From Microbotryum violaceum (taxonomy: Eukaryota): a stretch of 64,000 nt of DNA. A program made the translations under genes and the position numbers. The first letter of the stretch is position 1. Each line of letters opens with the position of its first letter. The notes under the pieces were generated by a model. It searched no databases and was not told the origin of the DNA. It saw only the letters and a program-made list of their open reading frames with translations. Shown here piece by piece: positions 30,942 to 42,829 of the stretch. The stretch covers positions 1,116,001-1,180,000 of the forward strand of contig CDLV01000012.1 in assembly GCA_001244265.2 (NCBI GenBank), written 5' to 3'.

Positions 30942-31785
30942 TCACAGAAGACCCATCAAGTCTCCGGTGTCGCTCTCGAGTATTTGGACGGCGCAAAATT
31001 CGTCAATCGCCCGCTGCAATTGCTTCCGCAGTTCTTTGTCCTAACATCAACGGGAACGCAAGCTATAAGCGAGCATTCGCCCCATCACTATGAAACAGAC
31101 TCGATACTCACATATGGGTGCCGATGATTATGCTTAGTTCCCCACCTACACCGCATGAAGTACAATTCGAGGCCATCGGCGTAGCCGGTGACGGCGTGTG
31201 GACTAACTTTCCAACACGCTTCGGCGAACTCAATCAGTCGGAACGAAAAGGCGGACTCGGGTCTAGCAGCGGTCGATGCAATGAATCCGAGTTGGGCCAA
31301 GCGTTCGACGTCGGCAACACAAGATGGTTCGGAGGCGCAGAAGGTAACTGCCAGCGGGTAGACTGAGAATGTGGAGCAGAAGCAGTCACGTGCCAGAACG
31401 AGATACCCGGGTCAATGGCGTGTCAAAGGGCATCAAGCAAGCGACGAATGCGGTTCATATTAAACCTACATGCAGTCACGTCGTATAAGACCATCTCGCG
31501 AGTAATGGCATGTTCGTGTTGGCAGTTGCATGGTGAAGGAGCAGCTGAGTCGTCTTTGTCATCTTCCGAGACGAGTGGCCGAAGGCGGCCATGGGTGCGG
31601 GTTCGGCAGGCGAGATACCGCCCTATCATAGAAGCGCGCTGACTTTCGCGTAGTTTGGCCTCGGCCGTGATGAACTTGAGATAGCCGTCTCGTTTGGGGG
31701 GAAGAGGTGAATCCGATGCGCGTGGTGGGGGGAGAACTGCCTCTGCGAGTTCTTGGTGCGTAGTACCAGCCCTAGACCTACACAA
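30942..31785 (-). mobile_element. CxC1-like cysteine-cluster ORF (KDZ/Kyakuja-Dileera-Zisupton transposon-associated domain) lacking the catalytic transposase; relic or domesticated gene
   Basis: Exons 31629-31470, 31362-31112 and 31040-30942 join in phase: MIGRYLACR..CNC..REMVLYDV..VTFC..DVERLAQLGFIASTAARPESAFSFRLIEF..W..YADGLE..|DKELRKQLQRAID. The pattern was recognised by eye as CxC1. Confidence 0.62.
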
Positions 31786-32169
31786 GACAGTGGCCGACGG
31801 GGGGGCGACGACAACGTAAACCGTGCCATGAACAGTGGTGGTCGTTGGTCAGTCTGAAAGCTAGAAGCAATTTGTTTGAGTAGATCATCACCTTACCTGG
31901 TGCATTTCACCGACAGTTTCAATCACCCGAAAGACGACGACGTAAACGGCTTCTTGAACATGAAACAAAGGTCAGGTTGTTGCCCTTCGCGAAAGGGCAA
32001 TGCGCAGCAAGGCAGAAATAGGACCGCGCGTTGAACGTACTGTGCGATCAATTTTATTTCACCCAATAAGAGCCAAAAGCTTTACTAACAAACTAACTTC
32101 CCACCACAACTCCGACCAAAAAAAAAAAAAAAGCACCCTAAACTAACTCTCCTCCCTCAATACATTCTT

Positions 32170-35100
32170 TCATTTCAAAGGATCGAAATCACTCCAGGCG
32201 CCGAAATCGCCATTGCTTGGTTTCCTCGGTTGCGTAACAACTTTGGGTTGCAGAACGTCCCATTGTTTCGGAGCTGGTGTTGATGGTGGTGCAGGTGCGA
32301 CGTAGGACATTGACATGGAAGGTTGGGAAGGTGTTGAAGATGCCCACGGATTTGGATTGGGTGGGGAGAAGGAGGAAGAATTGGGGACGAGTGGGGGAAG
32401 GGTGTTGGTTGTTGTTGTTGTTGCGGTGAGGGAGTGGTAATTGGGTCGTGGGGAGGAGTAGGAGGATGTGGTCGAGTTGTTGGTTTGGTTTGGTAGGGAG
32501 GGTAGGGAAGATAAAGAGGATCGAGTAGGTTCCAAAGATGTGAAAGAGCTCATCGAGTTCGAGGATGAAGAAGCGAAAGCGGACGAAGCAGCGGGGGGAG
32601 GAGGAGGTGAAACCAGCGTCATCGAACTGAGACTTGACGTCGTCGGTGTCATACTGGCCGTCGGCGCCCCAAAGGCGGAAGAGATGAGCGTCGAAGCCGG
32701 AACGGGTTTGGCGCCCAAGGAGCTGTGTGAAAGACTGCTCCTTGGAGAAGGTCGAGAAGGAGCGAACGAAGCGACCCCATTCGGAGGGGGTGTGAACCCA
32801 TGTGAGGTCGTGACGGACTGTAGATCATCTCGAGACCCCAAATCAGCGCAAAGATACGATGACACATGACCCAACATCCGAGAGGACTTACTCCCGGACT
32901 ATCATCGCCAAAGATATCAGCCGCGACTTCAGTAGCTCTTCCCAATCCAGCTCCACCTCGAACCAGGGCCTCAAAGTCCATCGGTGTTGATCCCGCACCA
33001 CCACCGCCTCTCGAAAGCGATCCACCGGACGTCGATTCTTCCAAGCGCTTTTGTTCCTGCAAGGCCTTCGTGTGCTCGGTCTCTACGCGGTGTCCGATTC
33101 GTTTGATGACGGACATGAACTTGGCGAATTGGTCGGCCGAGAGCAAGGGACCCATTGACCACCTCCAAAGTTGGGGCAAAATTTGACTCGCCACTGTGCA
33201 CACCATTCACGTCTTAGTAAGCAACTTCCCTGTACGATATCACCCGCTCTGATATACAACTCACAAGCCTCTAGATCAACCTTGTCTCCGATCTTGGAGC
33301 ACACCTCGAGCGTCGCGAGCATCACCGCCGGTTCCTTGGTCTTGATCTTGGCCAGCAGTGGGACCAGTCGCTCGGTGATGGTGAACTTGTCCAGAGTCGA
33401 AGTCATCGAATGAAAGCAGATGAGCGTGTTGACTTTAACGCTCAGCATCGTCGTTTTGGTGAAGACCTGTAGGGCGAGGGCGTCAGTCAATTGGCGGATG
33501 TAGACAGGCAGCTGAGACAAGGGAGGGCTTACGGTGGTAATCTTGGGGAAGAGGGTTTGCTTGACCGTCTGCAAGTTCAAGGCGAGATCCGGCAATCAGC
33601 CTCCGCGTTTTCGACGCGACAAAAGTCATCACCACGCACCGTATAATCCAACGTCTCACACAACGAAGGCACCTCCTTGAGCGCCTTTTCCAACACGACC
33701 GGATTATCACTCTCCAACGAATAATAAACTAACGGCATGACCTCCTCCCTGAAAGACGTCGGTGTCGATTTCTCACTGAACAACGGCAACGAATCCAAGA
33801 GAGCTAGGATCGCTTGAGGTGGATCCTTGATTTTGAACAAGGGAATGAGATGGGGGAGGACTTGGGAGCGGAAGGCATCGACGTCCATGCGTTGACCGAT
33901 GTAGGCGATGTTGGGAAGGAGGAAAGGGATCAAATGGGTCTTGTTCGTCTCTTCCAGGAGGGAGGGCAGTACTTTGCGTCGGTTGACTTTGTCGCTGAAT
34001 TGCGGGAGGACCTGTAAGCGTTTCAAAACACCCGGAACGCATGAGTTTTTCTCTCCCCCACGACACCGGGAAGAACGCCTGACATCGCCTCACAATGAGC
34101 AAACCCTTGAGGAACCCCGTCTGCGCTTCAGTCGATTGACTCGCGAACGCATCCCTAGCGATAAAGTTGAGCGTCGAAACGAGCAAGCTGGAAAAGTAGC
34201 CATGGGCCAAAAAGGCCGCGGCGGAGATTCGTTGATTCGGATACCTCGTCACGAGTTGACCCAACGCCGATTGGGCCTCCTCCGTTAATCGTCGCCATTG
34301 TGGTCGGACCATGCCCCGTGAAAGGCCTTCTTCGATGTTGGTGCGCGCGTTGGATAGGGATTGTCGGTTTTGGAAGGGTGGTCCGGCGTGGGTGTGGATC
34401 GAGTGGAGGATGCAGCCGAGCGAGTACATGTCGTTCGCTGGGGTCGGGTTCGCCTCGTCGAGGATGTATTCCGGGGCTGTGCAGTGAGGTAGGCAGTAAT
34501 TCAGTGGTGTGCGTAATCATGATGAATCGGGAACAGAACGTACCGATATAGTCGTAATTCCTCTGGATCGTCGCCGGCAAGCCATGATCGTACGCCGGGA
34601 ATTCCCACTTTGTCGCAACCCCATCCGGGCCAAAGAGGGGTATCGACAAACCAAAGCCGGACAACTTCCAGTCCCCCTTGGCATTGATAACGACGGCTTC
34701 GGGGGTGAGATTGCCATGGATCGTCTTTGCGCTCTCATGAAGAAAGTGCAGGCCTTTAGCGAGTTGGGACAGGCCTTTTTGGATCTCGACCTCATCGAGC
34801 TCGAGGTCGCTCTGCTGCTGCACGGCGGCGGAGGAGGAAGAGGATCCGTTGCGTCGGTCCGAGCCTCGAGATATGGACCCTGCGGCGGACGAGGTCGAGG
34901 CGGATGCGGCGATCGCTTGTCGGAGCGAGGCGGTGACGGGCTCGGTAGCAAAGGTGATGACGGATCTGCGGACGGGGGACAAAGTGGGGGGAACACTCGA
35001 GCGCGTCAGTCGTGATCGTCGTGCACGGGCATCCGAGTCAGGCATGGGTCATCGGTTGATGGCGGTGTTGCCTACCTCGTCTCTTCAATCGGTTCTGCCA

Positions 35101-35654
35101 TTTCAAGGATGCAAGGGTGTCGTAGTCGGGACAAGGAGGCCGCCTAACTCGATGGGTGGGGGGTCGATTGTTCAACGTCCGAGTCAGCGCTCATAGGCCG
35201 CCAAGCCAACTAACACACCAAGAGCCAGTGCGCACCTCTTTCTTGAGCGTCTCTACAGCCTTTTCAAGCGTTCTCGCAGCATTGGGGTCTCGTTTGAGTG
35301 CTCCGGTCGGTGCTACAAGGGACGACTTGTCGCAGGACCATATCGAGACTTGCTTGCCCGAGCTGTTGTGCGATGCGCGTTCGACCTTCCACGGGCCGAT
35401 CTGCAGGGTCCGGATGGGGGCCGAGGAAGAGGAGGAAGAGATGGCTCCTGCTGCGGTGGCCGACGACGACGACGACGACGATGGCGAGGTGGCGGTCGCA
35501 AGGGTGTAGTTGGACGAGAGCGCGGACCTCGCGCCGAGTGAGGAGGCGGCCGATAGGAATGCGCTGGCGTACTCCCTGTGAATGAATACAGGCAAGTCAA
35601 ATTCGGTGTGACGGTTCTGAACGGAAGCCCGCATTTCTGCGCGCACACGCACAT
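32170..35654 (-). CDS. SCY1: SCY1-like pseudokinase (SCYL2 type) with HEAT repeats
   Basis: IGPWKV..VSIW..LKKE, LRHPCILE..EP.EETR, FATEPV, LDEVEIQKG..LHFLH..IHGNLTPEAVVINAKGDWKLSGFG; HEAT region; C-terminal DFDPLK. Confidence 0.93.
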
Positions 35655-36105
35655 TGTTGCAAAAGCAGCTTGATCGCTGCGTCGCTGCTCGAATACGGTT
35701 GTCGCGTGACACGCGGCGACGTGAACACCGACAGAGAGAAAGAGACTCGGCGAGAGCCAGCTGATCATGAGTAGCATATTTTTCCCATGCCATTTTGCGC
35801 TAAACTGCATGTACCCCCGCCAGATCTAAACGGGGAAATTGAGGGATACCATATCGTCGGGGAGGTTGTTATTGGGGTGTGGTGAACATTCCTGTGATTG
35901 AATATCCATAAAAAATTGCTGGCGGGGCGTCGGCCCGGGCGCCACGTGAAGAGCTCAGTCAGCTTGACCAGTCAGAGTCGGAGTGGACTTGTGATCCGCT
36001 GCTGTCTGCTGTGATTGATTACCTCGCGACTGCCACAAGAAAGTTGAGCTCGCGGACGTCTCTGGTACTCCCCACCACGCCCCACGCCCACTCGTCCCGT
36101 CCACC

Positions 36106-37256
36106 GTGGCTTCTCGACATCTTCTCAACCCATTGGCGCCATTGAATGCAGCTACCCCCTCCGCACTCGATGGCGTGCCATCTCGCCTCGAGCGGGACCT
36201 CCGAGCTTGCGAGTTGGCCTTTCAGCGACTCGCGTTCTCCTTCCATCCTGCAGTGCAGCTGACCCCGACTGGTGCGTTATCCCAACAGATGGTGCGATCT
36301 TGATCCAACAAGTCGGACTGATGCTCAAAGCGCAAGTCGACCCCTTGAGTTCCCCCTAATCGCAAAGGTCGACCTGGACAGTCCCTAATCCTCTCCAATG
36401 ACATCCCCCTACAGTCCTCAAGTCGTCATGGCCACAGCTCAAATCCTCTTTCAACGTTTCTGGTTCGTCACATCGCTCAAGCATTTCGGCATCCGGGTAC
36501 GTCACCCCATCCCTCAAAACCCAACTCAACCTCCGCGCCCTGCAGCTCACCTGACCTGGACGATCTCACTTGCGCTCTCAGGACATTGGCCTCGGCGCCC
36601 TCTTCCTCGCTTCCAAACTCGAAGAGTCCCCCATTCGTATCCGCGACTTGATCAACTGCTATGCCTACCTCCTCGAATTCATAGCCCACCAAGGCCGCCA
36701 ACCCACCACCACCTCCACCCCTCTTCCGTCCGACTACGTCCCGATGGATTATTTCGCCTCCTCCTTCTACGACACCAAAGATGCCCTCGTTGTCGCCGAG
36801 ATGCAACTCCTCAAACGACTCGGTTTCCAAACCCAATCCAATCTCCCCTACGGTCATCTCGTCAACTACCTCAAAGTGCTCGAATTGACCTCTTACCCCG
36901 AATTGGTCAAACAATCGTGGGGTTACGCCAACGACATGCTCCAAACGCCTTCCCCCGCTCTTTACCCCCCTTCGACCTTGGCAGTCGCGGCCATCTACCT
37001 AGCGACGAGGAAACATGATCCTCCGATCGCTTTACCTTTGGTTCCCGAACCGTGGTGGGTTTTGTTCGACGCAACGGAGGAGGACGTCGTCGATGTCTGT
37101 ACGCGACTGTTGGATCTGTATAGGCAGTGGAAATTGGATGCGTTTGGGGACGCCGATCAGGCTGGGATCTGGAAGGTGTGTGCAAAGTTGCCACATGACA
37201 AACAAGGGGTCAGGGATTTGATCGAACTAGCTACAGCTAGGAACAACAACGCATAG
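36106..37256 (+). CDS. Cyclin L-type transcription/splicing cyclin; putative GUG start and two GC-AG introns
   Basis: Spliced: (V)ASRHLLNPLA..TPSALDGVPSRLERDLRAY|GAILIQQVGLMLKA|PQVVMATAQILFQRFWFVTS..|ALFLASKLEESPIRIRDLIN..AEMQLLKRLGF..PYGHLVNYL..WGYAND..PWW.LFD. Confidence 0.88.
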
Positions 37257-37314
37257 CAGTGCAAGAATTCCCAAAAGTACATTTTGACGGAACACCTTCG
37301 GCACCCCCTTGCGT

Positions 37315-38519
37315 TTAAAACTTTTCCTTGGCGGGTCTCAAATCCATTTCCAGCGTCCATTCGCTCGGATCCTGTTCGTTCAAATACTTGTACGCTTTCG
37401 CGATCGAGCCAGGTTGTAAAGCCAACGTCTCATCGTCCAACCAACTCTTTCCATCTTGAGATCGTTCATGACGATTGGAGAATAGGCGGGCCGTGGCTTT
37501 GGTTTTGATCGTACCGTCGACGATGACGAAGGCGACGTGCACACCTTGAGGTCCGAACTCGCGTGCGATCGATTGACTTAGGGCTCGTAGACTGGAGAAG
37601 ATGATCGCGGTGGTTAACTATTAAGTTGATGGGGTGCGTATTGCTTATCCGAGCTCAATGGCTCCGAAAACGAGAGGAAAAGGAAAAACCCACCCTGATT
37701 TGCCCGCAGCGAAAGCTCCGAAACCCAACGCCCCTCTCGTCGCACTCGTCGCACCCGTAATAATTAGCGTACCTATCGAACTCGAAAAGCCAAATGCACA
37801 TATCAGCAAAGCTCATCAGCCCCCCCATCCTCCCAAATTCACCTCCTACAGCATCCTCCTTCGCCTCCGAAGCCGGTTTTTCAAGAAACATCCTGACCGC
37901 ATGCTGAGCGAACGCGGTGGCGGAGATGATGTTAATCTGGGTGCTAGCGCGGATGTCGGATTCTTTAATATCGAGGAAGGGGATGTTGGACCTTAAGGGC
38001 AAAGATGGTTTTTTTGGATTTGTTAGGAAGTCGGTCATTGGAGCTTTCCCTCCAGACCCAAGTGGGGCGGCTGTGAGGAACTTGTCCTTTCAACCTCGAT
38101 CGTCCTCCGACTGCTCTGTTCGGAAAAAGCCCTCCCCACCCCCACCCCCCCCTCCCCCCGCCCCTTCTTCATCCCTCTCAATTTCCCCACTACCACCGAT
38201 CAGAGTTAAAATAAATAAACTAACTCACCACTGACTCGTATTCCAAACCGCCGTTCTCAACCTACTCCCGGGCCACTCCTTACGAACCTCTTTAAAAACC
38301 CTTTCCAAATTCTCATAATCATAAACCTGTACCGAAAAAAACTTTTACCTCCCCTCCCTTTCTATTCAACTCTGTACAAAGGTCATGAATGTCTTGACGC
38401 GGTCGGGAGATTAATCCGATGCGATAACCTTCGAAGGAGAATAAGCGTGCACAGGCGCCTCCGATCCCAACGCCGGTACCTAGGCCTGAGACGAGGAGGA
38501 TAGGCTTCAAGGTGGGCAT
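37315..38519 (-). CDS. Short-chain dehydrogenase/reductase (NAD(P)-binding Rossmann fold); apparent 1-nt frameshift at 38335-38341
   Basis: SGLGTGVGIGGACARLF; GTLIITGATSATRG..FGAFAAGK; LRALSQSIAREFGPQGVHVAFVIVDG; W..EMDLRP.KEKF*. Confidence 0.88.
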
Positions 38520-39023
38520 GGACCTTGGGGGTGGTTGGAAGGGTGTTGGTTTTTGGGAGGGTGTTGGTGCGGTCTTGAGGGGTCTGTGGTGTGGGAGGTG
38601 GGAAGGTTCGGAACGAGGTGAGATGAGAGGTGAGAAGGGAGAGGGGAAAAACAGGACCCAGGCTACTCGGAGCCCGCTCTCAATGTGGGGTAAAGCCTTG
38701 TCGGACCTCGCTTACCCCTCGTCCAGCACAACTCCGGGCCGAAATGAGACCCGGGAACTCCACTTGAACCAATGATTGATGTATCTGATTGCACACACAA
38801 AAAACACGCCCAAAAACTCACAACAAAAACACGAAAGCAACCTAATCATAAAGACATGACTATTTTACGAGATAAGCAACACACAAACACACGCACATGC
38901 CGAAAAATGAATCTAGTCCGTGCCACAACCACTCCAATCCTAGAAAGCATGATACAAAATGCCCGAAACCCCGACCTCAATCACCTCATCACCCACACAG
39001 CGACCCCTACCTCCCCTATCCAG

Positions 39024-40146
39024 CTACTTCTCCTCCGTACCAAGCGACGTGAAACTCAGACTCGGAGTCCCCCTCCTCGGCCCGACCCTTCGTCTCGCGC
39101 CACCGGTACCCGACCCTTCATTATCCGACCCATCACTCATCCCCATCTGCGTCACCGGTCCCTCCTCCATTTCAGGTAAAGGTTCATCATCGCTCCTTCC
39201 CGGACTGGCGAGTTCCTCCCCTACGGCGAAAAGAGGTCCATCGAACCCGACCGAACGAGCTCTGAAATGATTCAAGCGACTCGTGCCTGAAGAAGAGTAA
39301 GAATCCTCTCGGTCTGCCAAAGTGAGATGATGAGGTAATTGAGGTGAACGAGAAGGTGATCGAGTTTCGTCTTGCGCGTCCGAGGAGGAGGAAGTGTCCC
39401 CTTCGGCTGTGGATTCGTTGGAAGGTTTGGAGTGACCGCTCCGCTCGGAATCACCGTCGATGGTGGCGTCGATGTAGTCCGAGTCGGTTGGACTGATGCG
39501 GGGTCGACTGGAGGAACGTTGTTTCGAAGTAGAGCGAGATCGTCGGTTCGTCAACTTGATCGCAGCTTCAGGCCTGACGTGAGGAAAGCGAGGAGTGTTT
39601 AGTAGGGCTGGTCGGCATGTGGGGGAGGGAGCCTTCTCATAGCGAGCTGAGGCTATGGTATCCAAATGATAGGAATCAAAAAGTGGGCTTACTCTGGATC
39701 CTTGAACCTGGTCGTACTTGCGTATCCCAAAGGTCTCAAAACCAATTTGAAGATGACCCACCCAAAGACGTCGGTCTGATGGAGGCGGTGACGCACGAGC
39801 GCACGGTTCGAGGTCAGAGATGCGTGTCGTGTCAGAAAGGGCCACCGATGGGTTCGGGGGAGCCATTCCCGGTCGTCGTCGGGGAAGCGAGATGAGTGCC
39901 GAATTGTGTTGAGAGGGTTATGAAAAGCACAGCGTCAGTCGACTAGAATACGAACATCCTACACAAGAGATCTGATTGACTGACCAAAGCCAAAGCAATG
40001 ACGGGCAAGAAGAGCAAGAACGCGATGAAGCGACAGATGCTAGGCACGAGCGCCAATTGGACGGGCAGCGGAGGGTCGAATGACAACCACTGCAATAGAT
40101 CGTCGCTCTTGGACGGTACGGGCGAGGGAGAGGCAAAGATTCCCAT
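39024..40146 (-). CDS. Hypothetical membrane-anchored protein (N-terminal TM region, disordered Ser/Asp-rich tail)
   Basis: Three exons join in frame: MGIFASP..FIAFLLFLPVIALAL|TDVFGWVIFKLVLRPLGYAS..FKDP|..disordered tail. No family recognised. Confidence 0.7.
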
Positions 40147-40747
40147 CTTGGAGTTGTGCTTCAGGAGTGGCTACGGAGGTGAGATTGCGTCGCGAGAGTC
40201 GGGTGCACTGGAGCTCCCCGGGGTCGTCGTCGAGAATGAGTTTCAGGCACCAACGGCCGGGGTGAGGCGAGAAGTGGCGTAGGGAGCGGGGAGGTTGTGA
40301 GAGAGGCCGTTGTCCAGTTTCAGCATTCGCGAGTGGTACAGGCTGATGCACGACGAGGAGTGGTAGCAGTACAGAATTAGATGCCAGACGGTCTCGTCGA
40401 TTTGTCGGGTGAAAAAGATCAAAGTCGGGCTGGACGGCGATGCGATGCAATGTGAGCTGCGGAGAGGCCAAGGACTAGTTAGTACTGCCGAAGCGAGAAT
40501 CGGCGGTCGCTTGAGCGATTCACCCTCGCCGAAGTCCGAGCCCGGAGCAATGCGGGAACTAAACCCGAAAATTGATCGTACCTCCTTTCACCGCATCTTG
40601 CAATTAGATCCCATCCCATCTTCGTATAAGAAGTTACATATAAGCGTTCAAGAATTGCATTCATAACTAGACTTCCCCCAACAACGACCTCTTGATGCTC
40701 CTCTCGTTCCCTCCCTCTAGCAGCATCTCATTCGGGCTCTATGCTCC

Positions 40748-42289
40748 TCAAGCCGTCGACATCTCCTGCTTCAAGGCGGCAATCGCCTTGGCCGGGTTGA
40801 GACCCTTGGGGCAAGTCTTGGTGCACTGTTGAACCGCAAACGGAACCAGGTGATCAGCTTCAACGCCCCCGCCTACCCTTGCCGGCTCTCAAGAAACTCA
40901 CGTTGAAGATGGTGTGGCAACGGTAAAGCGAGAACGGGTTCTGCAGCTGCTCGAGGCGCTTGCTCGTCATTTGATCTCGAGAGTCGGCGATCCAGCGGTA
41001 CGCTTGCATAAGCACTGTGAGCGTCACGCGCAGACCTCCTTCGTTCAGCGCGCAGTTCGCATATGATTCCTTTTGCTTCTGCTCCACTCACCAGCAGGGC
41101 CGAGGTAGCCGGCATCCTGGTTCCACCAGTACGAAGGGCAAGATGTGCTGCAGCATGCGCAGAGAATGCACTAGGAGATGGGAGGACGATAATCGTGTCA
41201 GTATAGCCGGCCTGATCGGGATGTTAGTTCAGCATCGACTGACCTCGTACATGCCATCAAGCTTCTTGCGGTCCTCACGCGACTGAAGATGCTCCTTCCC
41301 ATCTGCGGGCTTCTCGGCTTGCAAAAAGGGCTGAGAAAGACGAGTGGACAGAGATGAGGGGCGTGAGTTCCGAGTTGGGCTGGACCCGCTGCGGCCAGCG
41401 AGGTGACATCGTCCCCAGACTGACCTCGATCGCCTTGTACTGCTTGTAGAACTGGGTCATATCGGGCACCAAATCCTTGATGATGTACACTGTCAGTCAG
41501 GGACCTCTGCGGAAGTTAGCGAAACGGCTCTCGCTCCGATCGCAAGCTCCCGGCTGAGTACTGACTGTGCGGCAAAGGGTAAATCTTCATATCCTTATTA
41601 TCCTTCTCGATCCTCTTCAAGCACGCCAACGTGTTGACGCCGTCGATGTTCATCGCACACGAGCCACAGATGCCTTCCCGGCACGACCTTCGGAACGTCA
41701 AAGTTGGGTCGAGCTCATTCTTGATCTTGAGGATCGCGTCGAGCACCATCGGCCCGCATTTGGCCATGTCGATTTGGTACGACTGCAAGTACGGCTTCTT
41801 GGTGGGTTGGTCGGGGTTCTGAATGGGCGGTAAAAAAAGTGATTAGTCATCTTGTGCGGAGAGAGACGTTGTGGGTAAATATCGAGGGATGTATTGCCGC
41901 GGTGACCTGGTTGACGATCCCCAGAGGCGCGCGCCGGCCAAGGCCTGTTGCGCTGAGCCGCGGCGCACCTCGTCTCGCGCCACAAAGTAACCCAATCCGA
42001 TCCGAGCAGGTATTGAACCAGGCGACCACCCATGCTTCTCCAGCAGACTAAAGTGCTCCAACTTACCCATCGGTAGATCTGGAACGTTTTGAGTTGCGCC
42101 GGCTTGTCACTGGACGAAGCCGCGGTGGCGAGCGTTCGGGTCGCCTGCTTTGGGCGCGGAACGGGACGGGACGGAACCGAGGTCAGCAGGTCTCTTAACA
42201 CCTCCCTCCTCACATCGCAGCTGGGTACTCACTCGTGATGTCGACTGGAAAGAGCGCTTGGCGACGGAGGAGAACATGGACATGGACAT
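40748..42289 (-). CDS. SDH2: Succinate dehydrogenase iron-sulfur subunit
   Basis: Mitochondrial presequence; [65 protein letters not shown]. Confidence 0.98.
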
Positions 42290-42829
42290 GTTTGGATGGC
42301 CTAGCTGTGCGAGTGGGTGCGTGGAGTTCAAGTGCGGTTGCGGTCGGGCGGGAAAGCGAACAAGCCGTCAGCGCGGGCAGGCCTCCTCGATGCCTCGCGC
42401 TTCCTTTCTGGCTTTCTATTTCGGCCAATCAGAAATTCACGAAAAGCGATTGCTTGCCAGCGAATCCGATCGCCTCACTTGAAAATGGTTACAAGTGCAG
42501 GTTTCGTGTGCATCCTTTTGGTCAGTTCTTTCTCGGATTATTTTACCTTAAAATGGTCCAGTAGAGTGAGTGGGTGTCTGATGGGGTTGAGCAGGTCGGC
42601 TCGAAAAGGTTCGATCGTCGACGTCCGAAGTGGGCGCGCGGACCGAAAGGGGCCAACCGGGCAGGTTGGCGGAGGCACAATCTTCATGAAGCTTAGTCAT
42701 GCACATCCCGACTTTGAAAATCTCAGAACCTCTTTCGAAGGGCGATGTACATTCTTGAGGGACTCTCACTCCAACTTTCGGCCCAGTTCGAAAGACCATC
42801 GGGGGTGCATTGCTTTGCGATTGCATAAT

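Noticed and set aside
30599-31093. Plus-strand 164-aa ORF in the NOT4-SCY1 gap
   Set aside because: It has a TTG start, no recognisable domain, and overlaps the better-supported minus-strand CxC1-like exon.
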